A stretch of DNA of 61,867 nt, counting the filler, from Streblomastix strix (taxonomy: Eukaryota): assembly GCA_008636045.1 (NCBI GenBank). It is 2 parts of 2 records of this genome, joined end to end, with 100 filler letters (N's around TTAATTAATTAA, not from the genome) between each part and the next. Parts side by side here need not be neighbours in the genome. Positions count along the whole stretch, not along the records: positions 1 to 30,949 come from SNRW01000087.1; 1 more part is not named here. One strand, given 5' to 3'. The notes under the pieces were generated by a model that saw only the letters and a program-made list of their open reading frames with translations, was not told where the DNA came from and did no database searches. Shown here in pieces: positions 1-15,600 of the stretch (its first letter is position 1; each line of letters begins with the position of its first letter). The position numbers and the translations under genes are program-made.

Positions 1-71
1 ATTATTTAAATTATTTTATTTTTTTAAAATAAATTTTTGATTGCCTGTTTTTTTAATAATAAAATTAGTAC

Positions 72-1035
72 ATGACTGAATTCAATTTATATGTAGAAGA
101 GATAGATAAGTTATTTAGTGAAATTGAGATTTAAATTGAAGGGTTGAGCTAAACTACTGGGGCTTCGCGGAAAGAATCTCGCTTTGCAATAGAAAATAAA
201 CTTGGTGATGCAAAACAGATGGTATTTTTTCATTCTTTGAAAAGGATCATTTAAATTTTCACTAATAATGCAGCTTGATGAGCTTAATGGACTTGTTTAA
301 GAATTATCTTCAGATGAGCGATACAATAAGGCAATTATTCTTACTAATATGAGAGGAAGATTGCAAAAAAATAAATAAGCTGCTGAGTATTCCTTTTTAA
401 TATTCTTTTATATATAATTTTTTACTTTCGTTTTTCTTTCAAAGTGCATTTTCTAGATAAATTTCTGATAGTTCTGAGATGAGAAGATAACTTCTTGGCA
501 AGCACACTGATGGGGATATTGAAGTTATTTCTTTTTGTTTATTTTCAAATTTTGGAATAATTTTCTTAAATTATCTTAGCTAGGAGATTTGGATGGTATT
601 GAAAAGATGAAGAAAAACACATCACAACTTGAAGACGGTAATTTTTACTTTTCATTATTATTAACTTTTTGAGAATATGCTTTATAGGAACCGAGATTAT
701 CAATAACATGCTTCTTGTTGCAAATTCCACAACTGATGTAGCAAGTGGGACTGTAAGTGAGTTAAGCAGGCAGGGAGACGTTCTTTTTCATGCACGATCT
801 ACAGTGTAATTTATTATTCAAAATGAATATATTTTATTATTTCCATTATAAATTTTACAATTATTTTAAGTCTGGAGATATTCATGATGACCTTGGCTCT
901 GGAGCTGGTATATTACGGCGTATGAGAATAAGAGCAAGGTAAAATTCATTCATATTGGCTATGATTGTTATTGTCCTAGTTGCAGTAATCGGGTTAATTA
1001 TATTTTTCTTAATTAGGAAACACTTCAGTAAGTGA
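72..1035 (+). CDS. Vti1-like Qb-SNARE (intron-containing)
   Basis: Starts MTEFNLYVEEIDKLFSEIEIQ. Has a helical N-domain, a SNARE motif (TDVASGTVSELSRQGDVLFHARST...LEDIHDDLGSGAGILRRMRIR) and a C-terminal TM segment (FIILAMIVIVLVAVIGLIIFFLI). TGA at 1033-1035; several GT-AG introns. Confidence 0.75.
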
Positions 1036-1430
1036 AATAAATTGAGTAAAATCTTATGTCTACAAATATTTATGAATAATTAAAAAAAAAATGATTGAAT
1101 TTGTGATATATTAAGTTTTATATTTTTCAATCTGGTAATGAGAAATGGATGGGTTTGCAAATTCTGATGATTCGATGACAATTATCGCTGATTGAAAATG
1201 ATTTGTAAAATAAAAAAAGTTTTTTATAATTCGCTAAACAGTATTATATTAAGATAGACTTCTTTATCTATTATTAAAAGATCTGCACTTACATTCAATT
1301 GTTTATTTTATATTTTCATTGTTTTTATTGATAATTTGTGAATTGAAAGCCATATTACTTTATATTAATGGAATTCACTATCTTCATGTTTAATAGACAG
1401 ACATCTTCTTTTGCTTTATTTTCATATAAA

Positions 1431-4400
1431 TCATGTGAAATGGTGAAGCAAAGGATTCTAGTTTCCCTCATTAGTCCTTTAACCTTGATTGGCTGGTTGT
1501 AATCGTGCAATTTCTTAACGCTTCGCAAAATCTTCTAATATCTTGGCTTGTTAAACTTTCCATATTCGATCTTCTTCTTCTTGATGACGCTAACGAACAT
1601 TTTGATCAATATTTTTCATCCATTTTTAATCCTATTCATGCTTCTTTTGACGTTGAATTTCCAATAGCCGTCTTTTGATTATTCTAAGTTATTTTGCTCT
1701 CTCAACTTATTCTTACTCTTAAATCTTTTATTATTATTTTCTAGCTCTTTATTTCTCTAACATTTCTTGTCGAATAGCAATTCTTTTATTCATTTAATCT
1801 TTATCTTCCATTCCCAATCTTGATGATATAAATTAATTATTATTATTAATTCCACCTTAAAAGGTAATATTTTATTTTATTTTTGGTTTGGGTGTATATA
1901 AAGGCTATTTGTTCTAACCTTTAATTTATAAATATTGATTATATAATTAAACATATTGAGTGTCGTTCTAGAGAGATTAGTCATTAATACCCCCAAGAAG
2001 TAAAGGAAGATGTATGGCTTGAACTAAGTTAGGTTGTTGATTCTGTTTTTGTTCATGAGTAAGTCCTTTGAGTGGTTTCAGAGGTTTCTTTGTTACATCA
2101 ATCATAGACTGAACTTATTTAATTAAATTTGGTTACACGCCATTTTTATTCTCTAATTTATTTTCATTTATTTATGTTTTATTCTTTTATTGAACAACTT
2201 CTAATTATCTATTGCGTTCATCTTCCTAAGGAGTTAAAAGAAGTTCATCATTTTTTTATTAAACAACTGAATGTGAGCTATGTTATCTAATTTGAATATT
2301 AAATTTATCATTAGTTTGTTCATATTATTTAGTCTAATTTTATACTGGTTAGTTTTAATTATCGCTTTAGCTTAATGCTATCACATTTTCAGTTCCTGGA
2401 GTATAGAAGAAAAGTCTATTTTTAGCGTAGATAGAAAGTAAAACTTATTCAGCTGGTGAATCCTCAAAAGAGGAAGAAAAATCTCCAACTATGTTATCTG
2501 ACTTAATAATACTGCGCCAATCAAAGTCGAAATGAAATATGAGTAGATCTTGGAGAAACAGAGTTTATAGTGTAATTCCTTGTATTTTATTCAACCAATA
2601 TGAAAATGGAAACAAAGAAGGGTCAAACTTCGCATCTAATCTAATAGGATTACTTGAATCAGTATCTGAATTTTCATCAGACGAATACTATGATTAAGAT
2701 GAATCATTTTCACTATATGAAGAATTAGATTATTGATCTACTAAAGAATTGTTATCTTTCAATTTATCATGAATATTTTCATTATATTTGTTTTGGATAA
2801 TCCTAAGTTGCTTAAGTTTCTCTTATTAATTCTTAATTTATTCTTTCCTAGCTTGAGCACCCAAACCGAAGAAGTGAGCAGTTCTTCCAGCTAAATAAAT
2901 TATTAATAACTCTACTCCTTAAAGATCAAATTATGATAATCCTTTTCTTTCATTATTATTCTCATATTCCATATATTATTCATTTTAAAAATCTAAGCAC
3001 TCTTATGGAAGAACTGGAAGTTATTCTTTTATTGACGAAAATAAAGGAATTAAATTAGATGATTGATGTTGAGATTTCTTAACCTTGTCTTAAATTAAAG
3101 GAGAATTCTCTTGAGGTTGGTATTTATTATTTTATAATTACAATAAATTTGCATTATAACTTGATTTTGGCTTAGGTTTCCATACATTATTTGTAATAAT
3201 GCGTGTTTTTTTAATCCGTATTTTTTTCATTTTTGGACTTTATTATGAATTTTACAATTAGATTTATATATTATTGGTTTATTAATCATCATTAAATTTA
3301 TTATTCATTATATTATTTCTTCCTTCTCTTTCTCTTTATTCATCTCCAACATTTTCATTTTAATAATTTTAATCATTCTTTTATTTATTTTATATTTTCT
3401 CTTATTATTTCTTCTCATTCTTTTCCTTTTCTATTCTTTCTTTTTATTCATCTTTCTCTCTTTACTATTTTTATCTCTTTTCATATTCTTCTTTCTTTGC
3501 TTATTATTTTCTTTAATCTTCTTCTTTCTTTTCTTGATTTTTCTTCTCCTTTATTCTTTTTTATTCTTCTTTCTATTTAATTTTCTCTTAATAAAGCGGT
3601 TAGGGTGTTTCGCTTTCTTACACAACAGATAATTATGATCTATTATTGTTAATTTAATAATTAAAATTAATTGAATTTTCCCCATTTTGCTATTTAATTT
3701 ATTTATTAACTTTGGCATTTGAATTATTAAAATAACTATTTCCATCAAGAAAAGATTCAATACTTGACTATTATGTCTTATTATCGTTTTACATCTCATT
3801 ATTCTTTACTTATTAGTTTCTATTTTGTTACAATAATTCTTAATTTTATCTTAGATTTTATGCATCTGGATAATTGAAATAACTATTTCCATCAATAACA
3901 GAATCAACTGTTGATTGTTCGGCATTATTTTCTATTTATTTATTTATTATTTATTAATCATTATTTTTTTCTTTCTTTTTATTTTTTAATATATTTTATG
4001 CGTCTGGATTAATGAAATAACTATCTCCGTCAAAAAAGGAATCAATTGTTGAATTATCATTATTATTATCAATTAATTTTTTATTGTTCAATTAAATATT
4101 TTCCCCTACTTCCTCTTCATTTTCATTATTCAAATCATCTTATTCTATTTTACCATTGCCATTATCATTCAAATTATTATTCTGTAATTCATTATTATAT
4201 AACTCATTATTATATTCTATTCCTCCTTGTTCATCTCCTTATTCATCTCCAAATTCACTTCTTCCTCCAAATTCAATTTCTTGATCTTCACCATCATCTA
4301 AAACTTCATCATTATTTTCTAATTATTCCTCCTATTATTAATATATCATTTTGTCATCCTGATCTATCCTTTCTATATTATCCATATTAATCTAGTCTTA

Positions 4401-7400
4401 TTTATTGTTATCCTATATCATAAATTCACTGTCATTCTGTTAATCAACATAATTATCATCTATAACCTCTTCTTCTTCAGAGTATTCCTCTATTTATTCT
4501 TCTTATACCCATTCTCCATCTCCAACTCCATCTTATGCCTAGAATTCATTATTTGTATTTTATTAATTTTCTCCTTTAATATTATCTTCTTAATTATTAA
4601 ACATTTAATCTTATATATTCTTCATTTACTATTAATTTTAGGCACACTGATAATTATAATTTTCACTACTAGAATATTATTATTATTAATTCTATTTCTC
4701 GACTATTACACCATTGAGTAATTAAATAAGAGTCTATAGTACAAATTTAGAAATAATTGAAGGTTGAATGGATGTTTGTTCTTGATTTCTGCTTTAACTT
4801 ATCTGTGATTATTTCTCACTCAAAGTATTAATTTCTTTTTCTATTTAAATTCCAGCTCGGGCATGGACATTGTTAAATAAAGAACTAAAGACATATTCGA
4901 GAGTTTACTTAATTCTGATAGTTTTATATTCATCATTATGTTCTTAATTTGCATTATTAATAAAACATAATATATTGTCCAATTAGTCTACTTCTTTAAC
5001 GTCCTCCTATCCAATATCTTTTTCACTTCTTTATTAATTTTCTTTTTCTGTTACATTATATAAATTTATATCACTATTTTCATTCTATAGACACATTAAA
5101 GAAAGAAGTAAATCAACAAGAACTTTTTGTCCAATTGTAGGAATCCATGAGTCGCTTATGCAACTGGAGTTCATGGACATTATACTTGTAGTTGTAGAGG
5201 AAAGTGTAGTCGGATAAATTTTCATCTTATGAGTTTTTCTCCGACTAGAAATATTTCTATGGTGATGTTTGTGATGACGATTCTTTATCTATTAATCTCT
5301 TTCTCTGTTTGTATTACAAAAATGTTTATTTTTCTTCTTCTTATGAGTTATATCATCATTTTAATTATCAATGTTATTTTATGTATCTTAACTATTCTCA
5401 TCAAACGATCTCCTTTCATATGAATTTTATGTGTTTGATTCACGTATAGGAAAATATGGATCGTCTAAATTTTAAGCAGCTCTCTTTTTAGCAGCAGCTT
5501 CTGCTCTTTGCCTAGAAGCAGCTGTGGCAGCAAGAATTTTAGTAACATCTGCAGTATTTGGAGATTAGGTTCTCAATGGAATAAGCTCAGTCTGCACTTA
5601 TACATTTTCTTCTTCTTCTTCATCTTCATCATCTATTAGATTATTGTTATTAGCTTATATTTGATTTGTTTAAATAATTTTTTGACTTTATCTCTATTGG
5701 AGATTAAGAATATCTTAATATTCATTGAAATCTAAATTTGTGTTATCATCTGATGATTGATTATCTTTTCCATCACTTGAATTACTAGATAAATCATTAT
5801 CCTCTAAAGTTTTCATATTTTTACCTTTATTACTTTTTTCTATTTATTAATTTTGTTATTAAATTCTGCTTTAGTTTTATATCAATTAATTTTTAGAGAT
5901 GTTAATTCCAAATACATTTTCTATTTCATTTATAAAACTTTCTTCCATTTAAGTTTACCTATTATGATGTTTGAGAGATTTTACAAAATGTTTATTTTTA
6001 AGTAATTCTGAAAAGGCGTGTTTTACTATTGATTCAATAAGTATAAATAAAATTTATTCTCTTTCTTTTCTTTATGATTCTTATCGAATTTGAGTTTCAT
6101 ATAATTTGTTTGATTTTTCACTTTATTTATCTAACTTCACTTAAGATTCATTTTCTTTAATATTTTTCTTTTAATATAAATTAATTGCTCTTTCTTTCTC
6201 TGTGTCTCCGCCTTCAGCAATTCTTTACAAAGCTTTACGAACAATTTCAGCCAGTTTTCGGAAGAGGATACTCTTATTTAACCCAGGTGGAATTTATAAT
6301 ACATCATTTTCAAGATGGTTTCTAAGAGCACTGAATGTGTCATTAACCCAATATTTTGCTGGCATATGATTGTACTTTGCTTGAAGTTCGGCAAGTCTCC
6401 ATGCTTCATCACTAGAAGAAAGTATAGATAATGCACGTCTAACATGATCTTTCTCAGTATTCTCAGTCTAAACATTGTCTTCGCTTTGAAGTCTTAATTA
6501 ATCAAGTTATTCTTCATTTTTATATCCTTTCTATTTCAATTCATTATTAAAATTGATATTATCTTTCCCATTTTGACTTTTTGTTAATATATTCTCTTTT
6601 CCATCTTCATTCACTTTATCATTCTCAGAATTACTATCTTCATATTCGCCTTATTCAAAGTCATCTTAAATTTCTGAATTAACTATATCCCAATTAAAAT
6701 TAATTTACCTTTTCCCACATAATAATAGAGGAACAATTATACGAATTATTCGAACTAAATATTATGTAGATATCTTTGGGAAGTGAAGCAATGACAATAA
6801 TAGTTCAATATCTCCCTCTTCGCAACGTCTGCATCCAAGACGACTTCTCAATACTTCAATGACCATGTCAAGTAATGAAGAATTTGATTGTAGGTTATTA
6901 AGCTAAACTATTTAATTGTCTTATATATTATCATTTATACACTAAGAAGGTATTGCTTATAGAATTTATCCAAATTAAACTGCAACTTAAGCAAATGAAA
7001 GAGGAAGATAATGCGGTTTGCGAGAGAAATCAAGTAAAATATCACGTTTTATGCCTATTTATTTAATATTGTTTATATTTTAAGCTTTCTTATCAATATT
7101 AGATGAAGGCACAGATTATGCTTATTAATATGATATTTAGGACATTGCAGATGAAATTGGAGTTAAATAAGAAGAAACAGTTGAATTATCTGAAAGAGAA
7201 GGAGGAAGAGATACCAAATCTGTAAATGATATGAATGGTAATGACAATCGAATGAGTACGGATGTTCGAAGTAATGGGAAGTGAGAAAAGAATAAAGCAA
7301 CATATCGTCTTGCAAGTAGAATTAAACGATTTGGCCAACTCTTTAGTTGCCTTTATTCTTCATCAAAACGCATCTAAATTAAAAATTATGCTTTTTATTC

Positions 7401-10400
7401 TTCAAATATTTTAGTTTATTCTTTTTCTTTTTTAATATTTGGTATAATATTGTTATTGCTATAAAAATCTAATTATTCATTGGATTTAATATTCTATAAA
7501 CGGTTATTAAATTTTTATTTAGATGATAAATTTGCGAGATTCCTTTAAATTTAATTTTTTGCTAGATCTGAAGCAATATTCTCTAATTCAAGAAAAGAAG
7601 TCTTTTTATGTAATGTTTAATACAGCATTGATGTTAGAAGAAGTGATAAACAACGAAGAAGAAGAAAAGCCCAGAAATCAACAAATGGGGTTAAACAAAC
7701 GCACTATATAATTGATGTTAGATCATCCACACGTCTTGACACAATAAAATTATCCATTCTATCATAATTTTATATTATTTTCTCACCATCATTGTCTTTA
7801 GGCAAATCTTAATAATTAAAGATGGAAGGAAATAGTTATAAGATACGAATGCAAAAAGATATTGAAGATAATACTTAAACTGAATATTAAGGATAATTAA
7901 GAGAAAATAAAGTGAGAGGAAATCTCAATTAATCTTAATTTGGAAATTGATTTACTAATTAAGGAAGTTATATTGATCTTCTATTCTTTTTCTTTTTGTT
8001 CTTCAACTTCTTTTATTTAGTTTTCTTTTCTCCATTTTCATCAGCATTTTATTCATTGGTAATATTCTAAACTTAAAGTATTGTTGTACAAAATTCTAAT
8101 CCAGCATCAACAATTTATCTCAATACATCTTTAATTTCAGAACGTTTTCTTCTCATATAAGCCAATCGATCAGCAAGAAATGAACGCAAATCATTTTCAT
8201 ATCGAATAGTTGCAAAAACCCATTAACTTATTATTGTTTCTTACTATTCTTCCTCAATATCTAGCTTTTTTTATTCTTCAAGCTCTTGTTCAAGATTCTG
8301 ATGTCGAATATGTTATAATTGTTTGTTATTGATCTATGCTTAAACTGCAAAATCATTAGAATCTTCACTCTTATCATTTTAATCCCTTCAAGTTTCATTA
8401 TTATTATCTATATCTATATTATTTAATTCTTCTTCATCCTATTCCTCGTTTTCTATTTTCTATAAATTAAGAACATTTTGTTTTATCATCTTAATCAACC
8501 CTGGCATCTATGCTTCCTCTTAAACTTTTCTCTCTTCAGTAATTTTCTCTTATTATTTAATATATTCCTATTCTTTGCTTATCTAATCAACTTCCATCTT
8601 TTCTCTATATTCTTTTTGTTCAATTTCCTTCTTCACTCTTCTCATCCATTCTGCGCGTTCTTTCTTTCGCTTCTCTCTCGTATGTGCAAGTTATTATACT
8701 CTTTTTTATTGCATAACAGCAGCAGCAATTCTGGCTTTAAATTCAACTTCATACTTCTCTAAAAGTGTATCATTTGTTAAATATACAAATTCTTATGACA
8801 TTCTTTCAGTAAATTGAAGGTATTTTCCTACATCCCCAACAAATAACATTGGGATAATATCAATAAGTAATTATTCTATAAGGGGTTTCTCTTTCAAAAC
8901 TTTGATCTTATTTTTCTCTTCAGAATTTTAAATGTTTGGAAATTATTATTATTAATCTGGAGGTGAAGAAACACTCAGAAGTAGACGAGCAAATGCACGA
9001 GGAATCGCGGATGTATCATTAGCATCAATTAAACAATATTACTATTTAATTCTCTATTATTCAGATGCATTCATCTACGAATACTGCTTCCAATATTATT
9101 CTGATTAATAAGATTACAAAGGAGTTGATGTTGGAGCAATCATATAATACGAATTTGAATTTAAAAGCATCATTAAAGCTTTCTTTAAACCACTCTTCCC
9201 AACTTAATCAACAGATGATTTTTATGATTTCTTCTATTATTGTTGTGATGGAGATTATCCAATTAACCAATTCCAGGCAGTTCGCTAAATTATATGAAGG
9301 TTATGCTTCAACGCTCTCACGCTACTTAACGAAAGAACATTATTAAATTTTGATTACAATCTTCCTGTTTTGCCATCATGTTTAATTGCACTATCATCTT
9401 ATGATATATTACCCCTGTTTCTATTATTAATTAATATATTATTGATATCCTATTTCTCATTCTGTTATATTTCAGTATTTAACTCTTCTTAAATTTAAAT
9501 TTTTTCAGTTAATGTATTTTATTATACTCCAATATTTATTCTTCTTTTTCCATCAATAATTAATTCACCATCATTCTTTATTTCATGTAATTAACTAAGC
9601 ATGAAAAAATCGTGACTTCTTTCTTCTTCTTTAGTTATATATTAAGGAAGCTCATTGAAGATACATTCGAAAAGTCTTGCAACAGCATTACATGAAGAAG
9701 CTGCAATAAGAACACGTTCTGCGTAATCTTCATCAAAATGATTTTCAGTTCTATTATCATGAACTTGTGATTTAAATTATGAACAGTCCATTCCAAATGC
9801 AATTAAATCAAGAATGAATGAAATCATTTATGGTGTTTCTATTGCTAATGTAACCATTCTCATAGCCTCCTTCTAAGCTAAGAGAAAGAATGCTAAAGAT
9901 GGTCTATTAAAAAGAGGATGAATGAAAGATATTGATGATTCTTAATTCATATCCTGATTAGAGTAAATGAACTCAGGAACGAAGGCACAATATGATGGGA
10001 AAGTGAAAGATATCATTGAATTTGAAACTGGTGTTAATATTTAAGAAGAAATAGATTATTATATGGAATCATTAACACTTTGATTGTTACTTGAGTTAGA
10101 ACGATTTAAAGCATCAATTTTACTCTTATTAATATCATTTTAAAGCTCTTAGAAGCGATTAAGTTATTCTTAATTTTTGAGTTATTTATACTAATTATTT
10201 TACCTTTATGCGATTAATTGTCTCCCAATTTATTCATTGTTAGTATTGATTTCAATAAAAGAATGAAAAGCATTTTTATCATTTATTTTTCCATTTAAAT
10301 TATTATTATCTCCAAATTGGTTTAATGGATAAGATATATTTTATTTACGTTATTGATTCTTTGGAAGAGTCTTCATTTATACCAATTTATTCTGTAAGGA

Positions 10401-11969
10401 TGGTTTTATAATTTATTTTTTCTTAGATTTTGGATTGTTCAATCTTTCAGGCTTTTTCTAATCTTAAATGAGTAATTATTATTATTATTATTATTATTTA
10501 TTTTTCCTTTCTAATTCTACTCTGGATGGAATAGCTTCTGAAAAAAGGTCCTGAAGGGTAATTGTCCCATAAAAATACATGGTGAAGAGGTTCGAAATAA
10601 TTTCATTATTAAGACCATAAGCTGCTTCAGCGAGAGCAAACAAAAGATCAAAACAAGTAGTTGAATGACATATTAAGTCAGAAAGATTAATTGTATTCTT
10701 ACCTGAGATGTTACTACCATCATCATTTTATAATTGATTAATTGACTGAATTGCAATATCCAAAAAAGATGCTGTTGAAACAATTAAAACTTTATTATTT
10801 TGTGTCTCTCTAGATTATTTATTATCTTTTAAATCTGCATTCATTTCAGTTTTTGAACAAATCTTTGTGAATAATTTTGTATCTAAAAAATCCCGAGGAG
10901 ATGTTTATAAAACAGCTTTTGGGATATCAGAAATATAATGTGCATCTTCAATTGAAGATCCCAGAGCTACATTACAATCTCCACCAATGCATTTATTCAA
11001 TTCTAATCCCATTTCTGCTGCAAATCTTTCTCCAGATTCACGAGAAATAACCAAATCTTGCATCTCTCTAAAATATGAAGATTAAACTACATTCTTAAGG
11101 AAAATGAACACTGATTAATGAAGTATCACAGAGCCAGACTCTTCCAATTAATGCTGTTTCTCTTTCTCTTCTAATTAGGTATGTTTCCCTTATTAATCAT
11201 CTTTAGAACCTTATCTATCAACTTATTAGAAATCAGTATTAGACAATTGAGATTAGAAATTTACATTTTATTACTCAAATTTTTCCGCTTTTAGTCTTAT
11301 TATTTCATTTTCTTTTTATTTTCTCATAATTTCTTCTTACGCAATTTTCCTTCGTTTTAATTCTTCAACTTCCATCATTTACCTTGCCATTAACCCAATT
11401 TCTTCCTCCTTTGTTGTTTCTTGCTCATTAATTTGATGAAATTGGTTTTATATGGGATTGTCAGGTAATTATGAAATAATTTCATTTGATGTACTAGAAC
11501 TCATTCTTTCTCTTTCCAATTTTCTTCTCAAATATACATTTCGTTTCTTTCTACTTTCACCGCTCTAATCTAATTAATTTTCATTCATGATCTATTCAAG
11601 TTTCATACCAAGCTTAGTAAATAATGAAGAAATAGCATTTTCATCAGAACTGCTAATCAACGATCTTTAATTAAGTGGAATAAATATTTCAATTTATTCA
11701 AGTGGAGAGTATAATAATGAGTAATTTAGGTTGCTTATATTTGGACCTTATGGATATAGTCTAATACTTTAAATCTCTTGCATAAGACGTTCATTTTCAA
11801 ATTTTTAAGCACATAAAAGTAGGAGCTTGTAACATAGGTGCCCTGATATCATGGCATTGCACAGATCTTAGGGTACAATAAACTCTCCATCTCCATCTTC
11901 ATTTTTAATGCCTGTAAGATCGATTCCAAATGTTTGAAGTGTTAAGGCTAAATTTTATGAAATTTTCAT
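1431..11969 (-). CDS. Giant hypothetical protein (~3512 aa), apparently intronless, with Q/N/E/K-rich and coiled-coil regions
   Basis: ATG at 11969 to TGA at 1431-1433 is 10539 nt, divisible by 3. Spot checks near 9000, 6845 and 3743 are in the same frame with TAR=Gln. No family recognised. Confidence 0.7.
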
Positions 11970-12648
11970 CAAAAAATTCTAAATGTAGATAAATATAAGA
12001 ATTTAGAAGGTTATAGTAAATTAATGAATTAAGTTTTGATAAACTCTAGTTTAAATAAAGATATATATATGTTTATCTATCAATTTTTTCATTATGTGAG
12101 CAGCATATGTTGGGGTTTTATGCCCCAACTTCAAATTCCGATTATTTTTTTAAAATCTCTGCTCCAACAGTTCATAAGTTTGTGGCTTGCAATTTATAAA
12201 ATTTTCTCACTTAAAGCTAATGCTTCTCGTTCGAAAATTAATATTTCATTGTTCGCCTCTCGCTTATAAACTGAATTTCGAGGAATTTAAAAAATTGTTC
12301 GGCATTTGAAGCTAGTACATAAATCCCCAACATATACAGTTATCATAAATCAAAATAATTAATTAATCCACATCATCCCTTATATAATAAAAATAAAAAA
12401 AATTAAATTAATAGTTTAAAAGCTGTTTTTAAAAAATTTTCACGAATAAGCCAGACCATGTATTTATATTAATATATTATAACATATAATAAATGTGAAT
12501 AATTTTTAAAATAATTTTTTTTAGCTACATAAATTAAATTACATTTTAATTTTATTATATATAATAAATATCAAACATTCAAACAATAATTAACGATACA
12601 TATAAAATGACTTTGATGAAGTGAGATGATAGAATTGAGAAATATTTT

Positions 12649-15600
12649 TCATTAATTTGCATCTCTATCCTTTTTTGCATTAAATGAGTCGTGCGGATGA
12701 AGCACTTAGCAAAATTTATCAATATGCTACTGCATCCATGACGTTGTTAATAAACATTTGCAGTGCGGGCACACTTACTTGTTCACCCCATCTTGGGCAT
12801 CATCTGAGTTAGTTCTGTTCCATGATCCAGACTCTGAAAGGTCATCCATGCTACTTAGGAGTGGACTATTATATCCTGGATCTGCATTGTCTGATAAATC
12901 TAAACCTTCTTCTCCTGTATGCTTATTCCTATAACCCCCTCCATGTATTTCATCGGGATTATTCATTCCATATAAAGCTAAATTCTCACGAACTAACTGT
13001 TCCCGTGCAGTCTTCCTTTCACGTGCCATATTAAATTTTGAACTCTTCTTATCTCTTCTCAAATTATCTCCCTTATCATATTCTCCTCTTGGAGCCATTC
13101 TTTATCTTCCTTGAGAATAAATTGGGTGAGTTTTTATTTATCCCAATCTTATATTATCTGAAATAAATTATTCAGCTGATCCTGTTTGTCTACCTTCAAT
13201 ATTATTACTATCTATATCTCTAGGTTAATTATCTTCAAATACACCAGATTCATCATTTTCTAATCCACTAAAGCTGTCTTCATCCCTACTATCCCTACTA
13301 CGCTAATCAAAATCACTATTACTTGAATTAAACCCAGGAGTTTCATAATCAGAAACACTGCTATCATATGAATCTCTTCTCATATAACCCATTTCATCTC
13401 CGTATTCATCCATATCTTCTCTATCATAATCATTATTATTGTCATTTCCATCTTCATCACTGAATTATTTCTGCCAAACATTATTGTCATCTTCATCTGT
13501 CTTAACTTCTTCATCTTCAATTCCTTTACTCACTTTACTAAGTTCCAAACCTTCAATTATTCTCTCAATGCCATTTTATTACTTCTTTTATACCTTATCA
13601 AGTATCGTTTATTTTTAAAGATGAAATGTTACATTTCTTGTTTCTCCTCGAATTGATTTCAAAGGAGTATGAGGTGACCTGTCTCCACGAACAACCTTTG
13701 GTTTCTGAGTTCTATCAAGACCTCTGCTTCGAAAAGGTGCACGTGGGCGCTTTTCATTGTCATTTGAACTTTAGCTATTTTGATCATTGCTCTTTTTCTT
13801 TCTTTACTCTAAATGTTTTCGATGATTTAATTTATGATGTATATTTTACTAATTTTCTTGTTTTCTTTCAGATTCCTTACTTATGTTATTTTCTTTTCTT
13901 TTGTCTCTTTATTTTTTACTTGAATCAGAATGTTTTCTTTTATCCATTAATTTCAATTTATTATCATTCTTTGCTTTTTCTTTTTCTTTCTTTCTTTCTC
14001 TCTCTCTTTTATTGTCTGTACTATCATTTTCTTTTTTTATTTTAGAAATCTGATCTTTCTTTGCAATTTACCAATTTTCATAATCATTCTAGTTCTCCTT
14101 GTTCATTTCTTTTCCTTTCTTTTCTACTAAATATTAAGTTTTTATATCTCTTTTTTCATCTTTTATTAACTCTTTATCATTTTTGCTGTTTTTTGTTTCT
14201 TTACTTAAAATCTATTACTCTTAATCTATATTAAATTACAATGTAGCATTCTTATCTTTGAATTTATCTTTCAGTATTTGTTTTTCCTTCCCTTTCAATT
14301 ATTATTCGCTTGCTATCTCCTGTTCAATATCTCATTCTCTTTCATTTAAGTTTTTGTATTTATATTGACCATCAATTCTTGAAGCATTTGTTCTCTATTT
14401 TAGAATAACTCTCTACCTTCCTTCTTCAATCATAACTGAGCTCCCCTTTGTTATATTATTTGTTTTCCCAGACCATGAAACTGGTTCACTTTCCATGCTT
14501 CCTTTCCATGATTTCTCGCTTTAACCTTAATTCGAACTTTTGATACTAACAGATGAATTCGAATTTGATGAGCTAATTTTCATATTACCTACACTCATAG
14601 ACGAACTCATATTATCTTTAAAAGTAACTTTCATCATTCCTTTACTTTAAATTCTATTTAGTTTTTTATCATAATTCTTATTAGATTCTATATTTTATAA
14701 ATCTTAATCTTTTTTTTCAGCGTTTATATTTTAAAATAAATCTTTTTATTAATTTTATTTCTGTTTTAATTCTTTATTTAATTTATTCCTCTAACCATCA
14801 TCAATTCCCCCATCTGCATTATCTTAAGAATTCAAGTGTGCATCAATTCCAAAATGCTCTCTTTGAGTTTTATTTAATATATCAAGTAATACATTAATTT
14901 CATCTTACTTATAATTATCTATTTCTTCTAATTATTAAATTTTATCTTTCTTAATTAGTTTATCTTTCTTTTCTTTATCTTCTCTTTCTCTTTTATCTTT
15001 TTCATCATTTTCTTTACTATTTTTATTATCTTTATCTTTCTTGCTCTTATCTTAATTCAGTTTCTCTTTCTTTTTTTCATTATCTTTATCAATTTCTTTT
15101 TTCAATACTTCTTATTTATCTTTTTATAAATCTTTTTTCTCTTTCTTCTATTAGTCTTCTTTTTCTTTTTATTTCTCTTTTATTTTCTCCTCTCTTTTTT
15201 CCTTTCTTTCTTTCTTCTCCTCTTTTTTTTTTTCTTTCTCAATTCTCTTCTTGTCTTTTTCATATATTTCATATTCATGCTATCGACAATGATATAAGAA
15301 TTCAGAAAACTAAATTCTGACAAAACATACTTCACATTATAACGTTTATTTTTATATTTCTTCAGAAACATAATTATCATCCGTATCATGCCATTATCTT
15401 TAAGGAATTTACTCAATTGCATCTTACAATTAATTTTAATCTATGTTAAAAAATTCTACTTATTAAGGTGCATAGGAATTATTATTTATTTCAATAGGAG
15501 ATTGCGTATTTTGTTGAGGAATATTATTTGTATCAATTTATGAATTCTGAATTATTTTATTCATCTCTATTGTAGTTGTTGCTGCTAATGCAGCAGCTTA

